Assembly: GCF_036321535.1 (NCBI RefSeq)
Contig: NC_087436.1
Span: 122,328,001-122,392,000 of the forward strand
Reading direction: 5' to 3'
DNA: 64,000 bases
DNA from: Camelus dromedarius
Lineage: Eukaryota
In this document: positions 50,091 to 62,694 of the stretch, in pieces
Layout of the letters: every line of letters begins with the position of its first letter
Numbering within the stretch: the first letter of the stretch is position 1
Notes under the pieces: model-generated
The model's input: only the letters and a program-made list of their open reading frames with translations
Database searches by the model: none
Told to the model about the DNA's origin: nothing
Program-made: the position numbers and the translations under genes

Positions 50091-50314
50091 TGAGGGGCCT
50101 CCCGCCTCCTCGGCCCAGGGGGCCTGGGACCCACCGCTCACTCTCCTGCCCCTTCTCGCCAGTCCTTCCTCTGCACGTCAGGGGCTCCCGGGCCCTTGGG
50201 TTCTAGCAGGGCCCTCTCCTGTGGAGCAAACCCGGGGCAGACGTGGGTAGGGGCGGGGGCCGAGGGGCTGCTCTGGCGGGGTCGTGCTCGCTCACAGGTG
50301 CCCCCTCCCCTCAG

Positions 50315-50458
50315 GCAAAGGAAGCCCAGGTGAAAGTGGCCGCGGTGGAGGGCGAGCAGGTGGACAACAAGGCAAAGCTGGAGGCCACGCTGCGGGAGGA
50401 GGAGGCCCTCCGGCAGGAGCACCAGGAGAGGGAGCTGCAGAGGCTCTCCCAGGCCGCG
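50315..50458 (+). CDS. LETM1: LETM1 exon 9
   Basis: [48 protein letters not shown]; cctcag| and GCG|gtgagc. Confidence 0.96.
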
Positions 50459-50916
50459 GTGAGCAGGGCGCGGGGCTCGGGAGGCTGGGGGCGGCGGGTT
50501 CCCTGGCGGCCAGGCTGTGAGTCCCATGCTGGCTATCGGTTCTGGCGCCAGTCAGGGCCGGCGGCCAGCCCAGCCCATGGGCAGAGGGTGTCTGCAGTGC
50601 CCACACCCACGCAGCAGTGACTCCACCAGCCTGGCAGCCAGGGACATTCCTCCAGGAGCGGCCTGAAGCCGACATGAGATGCTCGGGCACTTCACAACGG
50701 GGCTGCCTGCAGGAGCGCAGGTGGAGGGTCTGGCGGTGGAACCTGGTGGAGGCAGGCGCCCGCCACCCACTGGTGGGGTGCCGCAGACCTGGACCCTCGA
50801 GTAGCGGGCAGGTGGCCCAAGCGTGCCCTCCGGCAGCGGCTCGTCTGTGCGGGCATGGAGGCCCCGGAAGGTGGCTGGCCCCGAGGTGCTGAGCCGGCAG
50901 CAGCCTTGCGTTTCAG

Positions 50917-51051
50917 AAGGAAGCGGAGCCCGAAGTGATGGCAGAAGCTGCCTCGGGGAGGCCCGGGGCTGAGCTGCAGCCAGAAGTGCCTGATGTGATC
51001 TTGCCATCAGAGGCCCTGAAGGACACCGCCCCCATCCTGGAAGGCCTGAAG
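50917..51051 (+). CDS. LETM1: LETM1 exon 10
   Basis: [45 protein letters not shown]; tttcag| and AAG|gtaacg. Confidence 0.94.
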
Positions 51052-52329
51052 GTAACGGTGCACACACGCCAGAGGGAGCAGTGTTGGAGCCTTGCTGGAG
51101 GACCAGAAGGGCCCGGCTTGGAGGGCGGGGGCTCCTGAGGAAAAGGGTCCAGAAGGCCACAGCCTGGCTGCCCAGGGCGACAGTGGACAGCCTTGGGGCC
51201 AGGGGAGTCCGCAGGTCGGAGCCATTCCTGGGAGGCCGGATGTGAGAAGGGTGAGCTGGCCGTGGGCCCAAGGGCCTGAAGGTGAGGGGCCTGCTCCGGC
51301 CCCAGACCCTCTGGACTCCGCATGGCTGGGCACCCAGGGAGGAGAGGCTGGTGCGGTCCCTCCCAGAGGCCCGCTTTGCCGTCACCTCCCTGACACCCTG
51401 CACTTGGGAGCCTGATGTGCTGTGTGCCCAGGGTTGCTGGCCCAGGGTGTGCGATGGGTGGAGGAGGTCTTTACCGGACAGATGGCTTCGTCAGTTTGGC
51501 GGCTGGAGTAGGAGGGAGGAACCAGCATGGCAGATTCATGTATGGGGCGTCTCAGTGAGGTCGCGAGGGGCGGGGCCTCCGCATTCAGAGGTCAGAGGAG
51601 TCGAGGCCTTGAAACGGCAGCCTATGAGGTGGAGTCGTGGGCTCTGTCAGGTGTGCAGAGGGCCGGGCGGTGCGGCCTGAGGACAAGCCTGCTGGGCAGT
51701 GTGGGGTCGTCAGCAGTGCAGGGGAGGTAGAGGGAAGAGTCCCATGTGGAGTCCCAGGGAGGAGCCAGGAGGGAGGGCCCTGGGAGAGGGTGGTGGGGAG
51801 GGCTAGGCCTCGGGGAGGAGCCAGACCGTTCCTGTGAGGAGAAGGCACGAAGTGTCAGCACCAGGGCCCTTGCAGAAGCAGGCTGTGGACTGCAGGGGCA
51901 GCATCCGGGGTCGGGCACCACTTGGGATAAGCCCGTGTGCCTCTGCTTCCCCTGATGAGGGCCCCGGGGAGGGTCATTTTGAAGGCGGTGCAGGGCTCGG
52001 GCTGGGAAGCCGTTCAGAGGTACAGCCTGGTGGAGCCCATGGAGTGTGGCTCTGGGAGAAGGGACCATCTGGAGGCCATGGGGCTGGGATGGCTGGCTGT
52101 CTTCGTGGAAATGAATACATCCCATTTCCAGTGGATTAAAGACTTAGATGTGAATGGACGTTTAAACTCTCTTATGAACTAAGGATTGCCGAGGATCTCT
52201 TAGCAAGAAGCACAAACTTTTAAAAACTTACAACGAAGAACCTTGGTTCGTTGGAAAGGTGCTGCAGAGAGTGGGGCACCACCGTGTCCTGCCAGCAGTG
52301 CAGGCTTGGGTCGTGTCGGTATTTACCAT

Positions 52330-53700
52330 CTGCTTGGACAGAGACCCTGAATAGCTCTAGGAAACTGAGCTTGTAGCAGGAAACCTCTGCACGGGGACGC
52401 CCCAGATCCATATGGCTTCACTGGTGAAGCTACTGGGGAGTCCAGACACGTGAGGAATAAATCCTCCCTGTGCTGCTCAGACTCCTGGCAGAAAGCTGAG
52501 GGAGAGCCCATTCTGAAATGAGCATCACCTGAGGCCAAAACCAGGTAGAGACGAGAAGCCGCAGACCAGTGTCTTTCAGAAACACAGATGTAAAAATCCT
52601 TATCAGACTGCTCCTAAGTGAAATGCAGCTCTCTTGTGGAAAGGACAATACGTCATGGCCTCGTGGGGTTTGTCCACGGAATACAAAAAGATCAGTCAGT
52701 GTAACGACCACAGTACGGACTGAAGAGAAGGCGCGTGTGAGCACCTGAGTAGACGCACAGAGCATGATGGAGCCCTGTGTCTGTCTCGCCAAGGGGGCTT
52801 CCCAGCGGGTCGGTGGGAGGGACAGCAAGCCTCTGGAGGAGCGCCTGCGGACGACGACCCCTGGCGGAGCAGCGCGGGCAGGGCAGCGCTCTCACCGCCT
52901 CTGCTCAGCACGGGGCGGGGTTCTGGCCACAGCGACTGGATGAGGAGGAAGTAAGATGGCGCAGGTCAGAAGGGAAGGAGGAGACCTAATCGGCCCTCCC
53001 CCGACCACGGAGGACAAGGAGAGAGGAGGGAGTGCAGCTGTCTGTTCACAGGTGACCTGAGCGTCTGCAAGTTAGTTGTGCTCCTCTGTGCTCGGGGAAC
53101 AATCAGAAATTGGAGATTTTAAGAGTACATCATACAGAAGCACCCCCAAAATGAACTGCTTCGGGGTAAACTTGAATGTAGACACGCAAGGCTGCGTGCA
53201 CTGAAGTGCCACGAGGGGCGCTGAGATGAAGAAGCAGACCCGCGGAGAGGTTCCCTGCGCTCACGGATGCGAAGACTCGGCGTCGGTGAGGCGTGCGTTC
53301 TCTCCTGCGGGTCTCTGGGCTGAGATCCTCCGCATCCCAGCAGGCTTTGTTGCTGAAACTGACAAACTTACTCTAAAATTCAGATGGAAATTTGAAGGAC
53401 CCAGAAGAGCTGAGACAGTGGACAAGCAGGTCTGGTAGATGCCCTGGGTGCAGCCGTACTTGGCAGTGGGAGGGACACGCTGTCACGTGGGTGAACCTGA
53501 GGGAGGGAGGGTGGGGTAGGGCCCCTACCCTGTGACGCCTTTTGTCAAAAGTTCTAGCAGACTGACAGACCTGTCGTGACGGGAGACAAGTCAGCGGCGG
53601 GGGTGGGGTTTGGGGCCTGAGGAAACGTTTGGGGTGACCGATGTTCTCTGTCGGGTGGTGATGGCTTAGGGGAGTACACATCTGTCAGACACACCACGCT
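52330..53700 (+). mobile_element. Very degraded old L1 ORF2 fragments in LETM1 intron 10
   Basis: aacacagatgtaaaaatcctt...gtggggtttgtccacggaatacaa (RT region) and gaaactgacaaacttactctaaaattcagatggaaatttgaaggacccagaagagc. Confidence 0.65.
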
Positions 53701-53887
53701 GGGGCAGTCTGGTGCCAGAGGGCACCTCAAAGAGTGGAGACGGCGCCCGCTGGCCTCGCCGGGGCCTGAGCCTCTGTCGTGTGCGACGTGAACCTGCAGG
53801 ACGCATAGGAAGGTGCCAGCCCTCAGGGCCCAGCCTGTTACTTCCGTTCATCTGGATTTTTGGGTTGCTTGTTTGTTTTCTTTCCAG

Positions 53888-54022
53888 GAAGAGGAAATAA
53901 CTCAGGAGGAAATTGACATACTCAGTGACGCCTGCTCAAAACTGAAGGAGCAGAAGAAATCCCTGACAAAGGAGAAGGAAGAGCTGGAGCTGCTGAAGGA
54001 GGACGTCCAGGACTACAGTGAG
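53888..54022 (+). CDS. LETM1: LETM1 exon 11 (coiled coil)
   Basis: [45 protein letters not shown]; ttccag| and GAG|gtgggc. Confidence 0.97.
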
Positions 54023-54303
54023 GTGGGCGGGAGCGGTGGCGGGACGGGGCTGGGGCTGCAGCAGAGTAAAACCAGGCTTCGTCAGGCCCCGATAATTCAG
54101 TAATACCACCATCCAGTGTTGGATAAACTGGCCAGACAGCCTCTGGGGAGAAAACTGAATTTAAGTGAATCTTATTTAATAGGTTTTCCACTCATTCCAG
54201 GGAGTCACTGTTCTCCTGGAATGCTGGCCATTAGCCATTGTAGATGACAAGCATTTCTTTGTTGCTTTAAGGCAGTCTTTTTACAACTGAATAATTTCAT
54301 TAG

Positions 54304-54494
54304 GACTTGCAGGAGATCAAGAAGGAACTTTCAAAGACTGGCAAAGAGATATACGTGGAAGAGTCTAAGGCCAGCAAGAGGCTGACAAGGAGGGTGCAGC
54401 AGATGATCGGCCAGATCGACAGCCTGCTCTTGCGGCTGGAGGCCGACCAGAGGGCTGGCAAGCTGAGCCCAGCCTCCGAGGGCGCAGCTGCGGG
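54304..54494 (+). CDS. LETM1: LETM1 exon 12
   Basis: [42 protein letters not shown]...EGAAA(G); cattag| and GG|gtgagc, phase 2. Confidence 0.96.
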
Positions 54495-55803
54495 GTGAGC
54501 GTGGGCCTGGGGCCTGGGAGGCCAGGGCCTTTCTAACCCCCGAGCACACTTTTCAGCCTTGCTGACCACCGCCCCTCACCTCCGACCCGTCAGTTCCAGC
54601 CAGAAGCCCAGCAGGCCTCGTCAGCCCCCACGGCCCCACAGAGGTTTCACCAAAGTGGCCCCGAGGCCCGTGTCCGGGCTCTCGCACGCCGAGCGCCGTC
54701 AGCTCTCATCTGCAGGACCACACTTACGGCCTGCCTGGTCTCTGTGTGCACCCTAGCCCACACCTCTGTCCAGGCTGCTGGCAGGCTGGTCCCCCCCAGA
54801 ATGTACTAGGATCTTGGCTCCCCATGGCCTCTCCCTGCCCCTTCTTCCCATGGCCCTCCCCTTTCCTCCAGCCTCAGCCACACTGGGTTCCTGTTTCCTC
54901 ATCATCAGGGCCTCTCCTGCCTCCTCCCTCTTGCTGAACCCCCATATACGCAGGCACTCAATGATGACCCCCGTGCGGGGGCTGGCTCTGCATTGGGTGT
55001 CCCATGGCCGGCAAGGGCCAGCACCGCGTGAGTGGCCGCCGGGTGAGTGAGATGTCCCCCAGGGGCAGCAGCGAAGCCCAGCACTCCTGTGGCCCCTGTC
55101 TGCTGCGGGGTAGGCGGGCAGGCTGCAGCCCCCCCCCCCCCAGCTGAGGTCCCTCCCAAGGGACTGCATTTCTCATGCTGGATTTCAAAAAACAAAAAGT
55201 CAAAACAAACAAAAAAACTAAAGGGTGCTCTTTTATTAGATTTGTGGCAGGTTGAGTAATAAGGAATTAAGTCGTCATTTCGTTAAAATTGAGAGATGAT
55301 GTAATGCATATGTAAGAGCTTTCTGAAGGGTTTTTTGGGCTTTTAAACAGCTTGTTTTTTTCAGTTTTTTATTTTATTTGTTTAGTTATTAACTTTATTT
55401 TATTTTATTTTGGAAAGGTATGATTGTATTATGTGCTCAGTGTCTGCTCTTGGGTTGACCTGCTGTGCTGTGTGGGCCTCCTCCTCCGCTGGCCAGAGGG
55501 CAGCATGGTCAGACCCGGCCCCTCCCACCCTGACCGCTGCACAGACAGGTCTGGAACCCACCCAGTAGTGGTGGGCTCCGTCCTCGTCACTGCCAGAGAG
55601 GCAGGGCCCGCTCAGGGGCCACGCCCACACACACAGGAGACCCTGGACAGAGTGATGGCTTCTCTTTTTGTGTTCAAGTTGGCTGGGTGCCCCCAAGGGA
55701 AGAGGCGAGGTGGCTCTGGAGGGAGGGGCTGCCGGGGTCCGGGCTGACCCGGGGAGGCTCTGGGTGTCGCCCGCTGTGCCATGTGCCGGCCCTGTCCCCC
55801 TAG

Positions 55804-55942
55804 GGAGACGGTCATCAGCATCGCTGAGCTCATTAGTGCCATGAAGCAGATCAAGCACATTCCAGAAGGCAAGCTCATGAGCTTGGCCTCAGCGCTGGAT
55901 GAGAACAAGGATGGCAAGGTCAACATCGACGACCTGGTCAAG
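55804..55942 (+). CDS. LETM1: LETM1 exon 13 (canonical EF-hand loop)
   Basis: [46 protein letters not shown]; ccctag| and AAG|gtgcgc. Confidence 0.97.
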
Positions 55943-56392
55943 GTGCGCAGGGCTCTCTGGGGGCATCTTCCCCACCGGGCCACCCCCGGGGCCTGGTCTG
56001 TGCAGGGACTGCAGTGGGAGGGCCCTGGCTGGGTCTGGGAGGCACGGGGGGCGGGGGGGGACGCCCCCGGAAAGGAGACGGGCTTCAGGACCCCTGGTGG
56101 TGAGTGGTCGGCGTGGGGGCCACCTGAGGCCTCAGAGGGTCCCTGGTCGAGAGCTTGGGCAGCCCTGGAGACCTGGAAAGGGGGGTTCCACCCTTGTAAG
56201 GAAGGCTGTGGGTTCCGGCGTTTCTGAGACGAGAGCACCTTCTCAGGCTCCTGAACACCTGGCTAGTTGGTGACTTTTCATACATTTAAAGGAGCACCAG
56301 CCAACTTTGGCTCCGTTGAAAGCAAAAGCGTCACCAGCCCATGTGCCATCATCACCTTCCCAGCAGCAGACGCTGAGAGGGCCAAGCACGCA

Positions 56393-56444
56393 TCCCTGAC
56401 CCTGCTCTGGGCCCCTCCCTGACCCTGCTCTGGGCCCCTCCCTG
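56393..56444. repeat. Perfect 23-bp tandem duplication in LETM1 intron 13
   Basis: tccctgaccctgctctgggcccc twice, plus a partial third copy (tccctg). Confidence 0.9.
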
Positions 56445-56813
56445 GTGTTCACAGCACTCTGCCCTGAGCAGGGGCCTGAGCTGGCAGCCTCGCTGTGCTG
56501 AATAGCCCACCTTCCCCTATCCTGCAGCCCCGGGCCCCGTGGGAGACATACCTGGTGCCCTCACCTAGGGGGGGCCGACCGCAGGCCACCTGTTCTCCAA
56601 GCACCTCCCCTAGTGGTTTGATCTGGTCTGGGGCTCTGGAGTCTGTGGGCTCCCTGGGAGTGGGTGGGGGTCTGGTACTCTGATGACTAGGGCAGATGGA
56701 GGACCTCAGGGACCCCTAGGTGGGACAGTGCCACATGCTAGTGTCAGAGGCCATCCCAGCCTGGTGGCTGTTGCCCGCCTCCCCTGAGTCCCTTGTCCCT
56801 TCTGTGTATGTAG

Positions 56814-56975
56814 GTGATTGAGCTGGTGGATAAAGAGGACATTCACATCTCCACCAGCCAGGTGGCCGAGATTGTGGCCATGCTGGAGAAGGAGGAGAAG
56901 GTAGAGGAGAAGGAGAAGGCCAAGGAGAAGGCTGAGAAGGAGGCCGAGAAGGAGGCCGCAGAGGTGAAGAATTAG
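56814..56975 (+). CDS. LETM1: LETM1 exon 14, coding part, stop TAG
   Basis: [53 protein letters not shown]; acceptor atgtag|. Confidence 0.97.
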   Translation: MIELVDKEDIHISTSQVAEIVAMLEKEEKVEEKEKAKEKAEKEAEKEAAEVKN

Positions 56976-59430
56976 GGCCAGCCCTGCTCTGGCTCCGTAG
57001 TGGCCCCTCGCATGTCTGGCTCCATCTGCACTGGCCACTGCAGCCCTCTCGTGATAGTGATTGCTTTGAAGTGATTCTTAGTGACAAATCTAATATTTTG
57101 TCTGGAATAAATCAGAAACTTCCATATCAAGTAATTTTAAATTTTCATCATTCCACGAAGATTCAGTCAGTCTGGAATCCCTGAACCACTCCAGGGAGAC
57201 TCCTCTGGATTCATGCCATAGCAGGGGCTGCAGCGGTCCGGGCTGCAGCAGCCCAGTGTGCAGCCTGCCAGCAGTGGGGGGCTGTGGCCCTGCAGAGGCT
57301 CACTTGGCCTCCCCACGCACCCCCTGGCGGCGTCTGTCCCAGGAGGAGAGAGGACAGACACCTGGACCGCGTGCCTGTGGAGCCAGAGGCATGCGACTGG
57401 GAGTCAGATGCGGGCACAGCCTCCTCAGCCTGGAGAAGATGCTTCGTGAGTCCGTGGACTTGGGTTCCTGAATATCTGTGTAAAATAGGACTGACTTGTG
57501 CACACTTCCCAAGTCACATCTGTAACGACTGAGAAAGTATGTCCATCCGTCTCTCTGTGGCTGCTGGAGAATCTCAGTTCTGACGGGAGTGTCGGGGTCT
57601 CCTGCAAGTTTCCTCTTATGTGTGTATTTGAGCTCTTTCCTGATGTGCTTTTGATTTTCACCTAAAACCTTTAATTAATTAATGAGTACAGAATTTCCTC
57701 GCGTGACAGTCTGCCTGGGTAAATCAAGTGGGAGCTCTGCCGTGAGACACCAGTGAAGCCCTTGAAAAGTCAGCATCTCATGGTTGAATGACTTATGGAG
57801 CTCTTGTAGCTTTTAGGAAGTTTTCTGACTTGGGGTGTTAGCGCCTCATTGGCCTCATGGGAGTTAGGAGCAGGTTTTGCTGTGCATCCAGGGACAGGCC
57901 GGCCCTGGGCTGCTCTGCGTCACAAGGGCCTCCGCGGGCCAGCAGCGCGGCTCCTCCCAGACGGCTGGGCAGGAGGCCTTGGGAGCCTCTCCGGGGGGCC
58001 CGTGCGGCCCGCAGGCCTCCAAGAGCCGTAGGGCCAGCCCATGCACCTCTGGGCGGAGCGTGGCAGCCTCCTGGCCTGGTGGCCAGTGTCCACACCTGGC
58101 AGCTTGGGAGCACGGTGCTCTGTGGGGCAGGTGGGGCCGGGTGGCCGGTGGCCTCAGCTGTGACTCCTTGTACTCGGGGTGAGTTCCCACAAGACCGTTC
58201 TTTGTGGGGAATCATAGGAATTGGAGACACAGGAATAGAGTGGCCAGGTTAGCCGAGAGAGGATGATGACGAAATGATAGCTTCTGAATTACTTGAAACT
58301 TTCTACTCAGCCATTAAGGAAGAAACGTGACAAAACGGGTGAGATTATATATTCTCAAATGTAAAACTTGATAAAGGGACAGTTGGGTCTAAGGGTTTTT
58401 ATTTCAGTTATTTAAGAAGTGCGCTCCAGACACTTAGTTGGGATCTATGAGCTACCTGGCAGTCCTCCGGCAGCCTGGGTCTTGGCCTCAGCACGCCGCC
58501 CCCGCGCTCTGCAGCTGCTCCCCCCGGAGCAGAGTGCCTGCATCTCCCAGGTGGAGCCACGCCCCTGGGGGCGGCGGGACCCTCCTTCAGTTTTTGTGAC
58601 GTTGGTGATGGCTGGCTGCAGGCGTCCCCACCCCGATTGTTTTTACTGTCCTGAACTGGGTCCGGCCCAGCTGCAGGTGTGATGAACGGTGGCTTTGGAA
58701 ATGCGGAGTGCGGGGTGCGGGGTGCCGTGTGCCGAGGTGCCCGTGCCTGCGCCTGCGGAAGCTGTGCCAGCCACGCCTGCCTGAAGACCAGGCAGGGGTT
58801 CTTAGCCTGCGTTTCCTCTTCCACTCCACCTGAACACCCACTTTTTCATTAGGGATTCTGGAAATTGGCACTTGGGTTCCAGTCATTTTGGAATGTCAAA
58901 ATCCAGACTTTTTAAGAATGAAGGGCACTGTGTAGTTTGTGAAGAGTCATCTCCAGGCAGTGTTTCTCCACACAGGGTGAGGGGCCAGCAGCTGGCTCCG
59001 TCTCCACGTCCTCCAGGGGCCCGGGGCCAGCTTCGCCTGAGGGCCTCCTTGGGCTGTGTGCAAACACTTTTTTCAGAAATAGTGTTTTTATTAAAATAAG
59101 AAATTCATGTTCCTGTAACGGCTCAAAGTAAGATTTCTGAACCATGACACATCAGAGGTCAAGGTGGAAAATGTCTCCATGTCCACCTGTGTCTGGCTCT
59201 GGCTTCCCAGCAGGAGAAGTGGCAAGTGGGCTTTTGGGTCTGGGCCTGCTGTCCTGAGGCCAGATTCCAGAATGAGCCTTGCCTGACAGGGCTCAAGCCC
59301 TGGCCTCAGGTGTCCACTGGTTCTGTGACAGCGTGCCTTGCCAATGCTGTCAGACTGCCAGTGACCAGACTACTTGATTTAATGTAAGGAGAAGGTTTAA
59401 TAAAGTGCTTTCTTGCTGACCTGTCTGCCA
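56976..59430 (+). other. LETM1: LETM1 3'UTR (3' end inferred)
   Basis: Candidate poly(A) signals AATAAA 57106-57111, ATTAAA 59090-59095 and AATAAA 59399-59404, the last followed by GU-rich sequence. Confidence 0.6.
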
Positions 59431-60499
59431 TGTGATGGTTTGTCCAGCTCGGTGAGGCAGCCACTGCCTGACCAGGCTCTCCACTCCCCACAACCTTCAG
59501 TGGGCACCTTGGGCCTGAGAAGGGTCCTGGCTGAGGAACAGCCCAGGAGGGGGAAGTTCTGAAAGACTCAGGGCCCTTGGGAGCAGGCATCGACGGCTCT
59601 GCCCGGTGCATGGAGGGTCTCCCTCCCAACACTGGGGCGGGGCCAGCCTGCAGCCCCCACTTTACCCACAACCACCACAGGGCTGCTCTGCCCTGCCCAG
59701 CTCGCGCCGCCGGCTCCAGTGGGGGTGCCCTGCTCCAGGTGGAGAGCTGAGGCCTGGCCAGGAGGGTGGCAGGGAAGCCCCGGAGGGTTTCTAGGTCCTA
59801 TCTCAACACCACGCACAGGCACAAGCTCCCATCCTCCCAGGCACTGGGGGCTTCTTCCACCCTAGGGACCTACATACATCCCCTCTCCCTGAGCCTGGCT
59901 TTAGCCGCTGTCTCTGCCTGCCCCGCAGTTCTGAGCACTTGCATGTTATTCCTGACCCGTGTCGGGGAGAGGTGTTTTCTGTGCGTGCAGGTGTGGGCGA
60001 TGGGTGCTGGTCTCAGCCTTTGCTCTCCCCCTACCCGTGCCCCCAAACAGTGGCTCCTGTTCTGTTTCCTCCCAGAAAGCTCTTGAGGGAGAATTACAGC
60101 TGATGGACTGGACCGGAGAAATGCTGGAATCCACCTGTCCTGCACTGCAGCCGCCCTGGTGAATGGCTACCCTGGGGTCACGGGGGCATGGAACTGGAGT
60201 GACAGGCAGGGAGCTTGGTGTGAGGGCTGCTGGCCGTGTGCCCCAGACAGTGCCCCAGATGCCCAGTCGGGAAAGACATGACCCCACGGGAGCCACCAGC
60301 ACATCCACGGCTGTCCCCGTCCAAAAACTACACACGGGGAGGGCGGGCAGGGCTGTTCCAGACTAGTTACTGAGAAGGGACACCGGGATCCTGACTTTAA
60401 ATCTCCATCAGCCGTAGTGGGGGCGATTGGGGATGGTCCATTCCAAGTGGGGGCACATGTTTTTACACGTGATGCGACCCCCTGAAGACCACGGGCGAA

Positions 60500-61460
60500 A
60501 CCAAGACGTGAGCAGCTGCGACTGAGTATGTTCATGCACCGCCCTGGGGAACAGGACCGCGGGGGGTCGGTGTCCAGCCTGGCGGGGCCAGCGGGCGGCC
60601 TCCACAGGTTGGGCACGAAGGCCGACCTGGCTAGGGGGCCAGGGAGGAGGTGGAGACGCACAGACCGGTGAGGAGCCCCAGGCCACCGAGCGGAAGGCCG
60701 AAGACGAGGGCGTGCCTGGGGGTCCAAGAACAGGGGCTTGGGACCCTCCGAGGGCGGGCGGGGTGTCAGCGCCTTGCTCTAAGCCACACGGCCGCCCGTC
60801 CCCGTCCTGGCTCCGGAGCTCAGAGAAGCCGGTCCGCGGAGGCCACGTGAGGAGGCGGAGCCGGGCGGGTGAGGTGGGGCTGTGGGTGGGGGGCGGGTCC
60901 GGGCAGACGAGGGGCGGCGGGGGGACCCTGGGCAGGAGAAGAGGGGGCGGGGCCGCGTGAGGAGGCGGGGCGGGGCGTGGCGAGGCGGGTGAGGGCGGGG
61001 AGGTTCCCGGGGCGAGGAGGCTGAGTCTCACCTGGCCGGCGCCCCAGCCTGCCCTCCCGGGTCCGGGCCTCTCCGGTCAGCGCCCCTCCCCGCTCCCCGT
61101 CCGGCATCCTGGAAGGCAGCCCCTCCGCCCGCGGCCAGGCCCCTCGAGGTCCAGATCGCGCACCGGGAGCCCCTCCGGGTCCAAGTTCAGAGAAGGGGCG
61201 AGCGGGGACTCAGCCCGGCCGGCGCTAGAGGGCGCCCCCGCCCCGCGCTGCTCCCGGCCAGGCCTGGACCCGCCGCCCTGCCTCCCGCGCCCCTCCCTGG
61301 CACCTCGCCGGCGCCCTCCAGGCCCAGGCCCTCGCTGGCCTCCTTCCCGTCCCCGCCACCGTCGCCGCGTGGCCCCCGAGCGCTGGACACAAACACTCCG
61401 GCAGCCCTGGAGGGGTTTGGGGGCAGAGAGCGCTTCCCTGAGCGGGGCCAGGTATTGGGC
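60500..61460. promoter_or_regulatory. CpG island in the LETM1-FGFR3 convergent gap with CTCF-like motif
   Basis: High CpG and GC, many GGGGCGGGG boxes, E-box CACGTG (60844-60849), GCGCTAGAGGGCGC (61222-61235). Confidence 0.65.
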
Positions 61461-62688
61461 TGCACTGGTATCCAGGACCAAGCCCCTAGCAGCCTCCTCG
61501 GCTCTACAGAAAGTAGCCCCAGAAACCCCCTCACCTGTAAGGTGAGTTGAGCGCAGCAAGAAGGGGGGCGAGGTCCTTAGAAGCCAGAGTAAAAGTTAAC
61601 ACTGCCCAGAGGCTGATTAGTCTCTCAGGACAGACACGAGGAGGGACAAAGGAGGGAGGGGCACCAGGTCGCAAAGCAGGGGCAAGTCTCAGAGGAAAAG
61701 TCAGCCCTAGGCAACGCTGGGTTCCAGGGAGGACATGTGAAAGTCTGCATGATGGCCTGTCCCTGAATCCACCCTAGTCCCCCCGCATGGCCTGGTCCCT
61801 GCTGCCTCCTCCAGGAAGCTTTCCCAGACTCACTCCCCACCACTGCTGCATGGGTACCCTGCTCTGTCTTCCTTCTCCCTCAGGCGGTGAACTCTGGAGC
61901 AGATGGGGCCAGACCCTGTCCCTGTGTCCTCGGTGCCCTAGCTAGCCTGGAACTGGCATGCAGAACCTGCCCAAAGTTGCAGGAGAGTCAGAATGCAGGT
62001 GGCACTGGTTGGGCCCACAGTGGTCAGGGGGTCAGGCCTGGGATGGGGAGGAGAGCCAACCAGGAGCCAGACAGCTGAATCAGGGGGCCAGCTGAGGGCT
62101 TTGCTTACACAGGGGCTTCATGGGGGGGGCCCCACTTAGAACCCTCCCCCTCCCCAGCTGACTGGGTAGGCAGATGCCACAGGGTGGGGTGATGGGAGAT
62201 ACCTGGACATGAGCCTCAGGGCCCTCAACTTCCATAAGGTGGGGGGGGGGCGGGGGCAAACAGGAGGTTGGAGGCCCAGAGCCTTTCTTCCTTGCACCAC
62301 CCACCCCCAGTGTCTCACTGCCCCTTCCACAGACACGTCACATGCATTCCCTGCCTTTGGGGACCCCAGACCAAGGCAATGAATACCACCAGGGACCCCG
62401 AGGTTCTGCCCTGCCAGCGTGGGGCCCTGTGCAGCTGGACACAGAGGACCACTCTCACCCTGGCTCTGCCCAGGACTTGTCCTATCTGAGCCAGACCTGG
62501 GCTGGAAACCCTTGGAGAGAGTGAGACCCAGGCAGCCAGTTCACTCTGGAGACCCTGCCCCAAACAACTAGTGACCCCTCCCTCCTCCGGGGACAGACGA
62601 TGGAACCCGCCCCAGGTGGGCAGTGAGGACACGGGAGCTGCCTGGGATCCCAAGACAAGAGACAAAGCACACATCTGAACCAGATGTC

Positions 62689-62694
62689 TTTATT
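62689..62694 (-). terminator. FGFR3: FGFR3 polyadenylation signal AATAAA
   Basis: TTTATT on the plus strand. Downstream on the minus strand is GU-rich (gatgtgtgctttgtctcttgtctt). Confidence 0.8.

Noticed and set aside
50291..50314. Upstream alternative acceptor ctcacag| before LETM1 exon 9
   Set aside because: Would add 17 nt and frameshift, and has a weaker pyrimidine tract than the canonical site.
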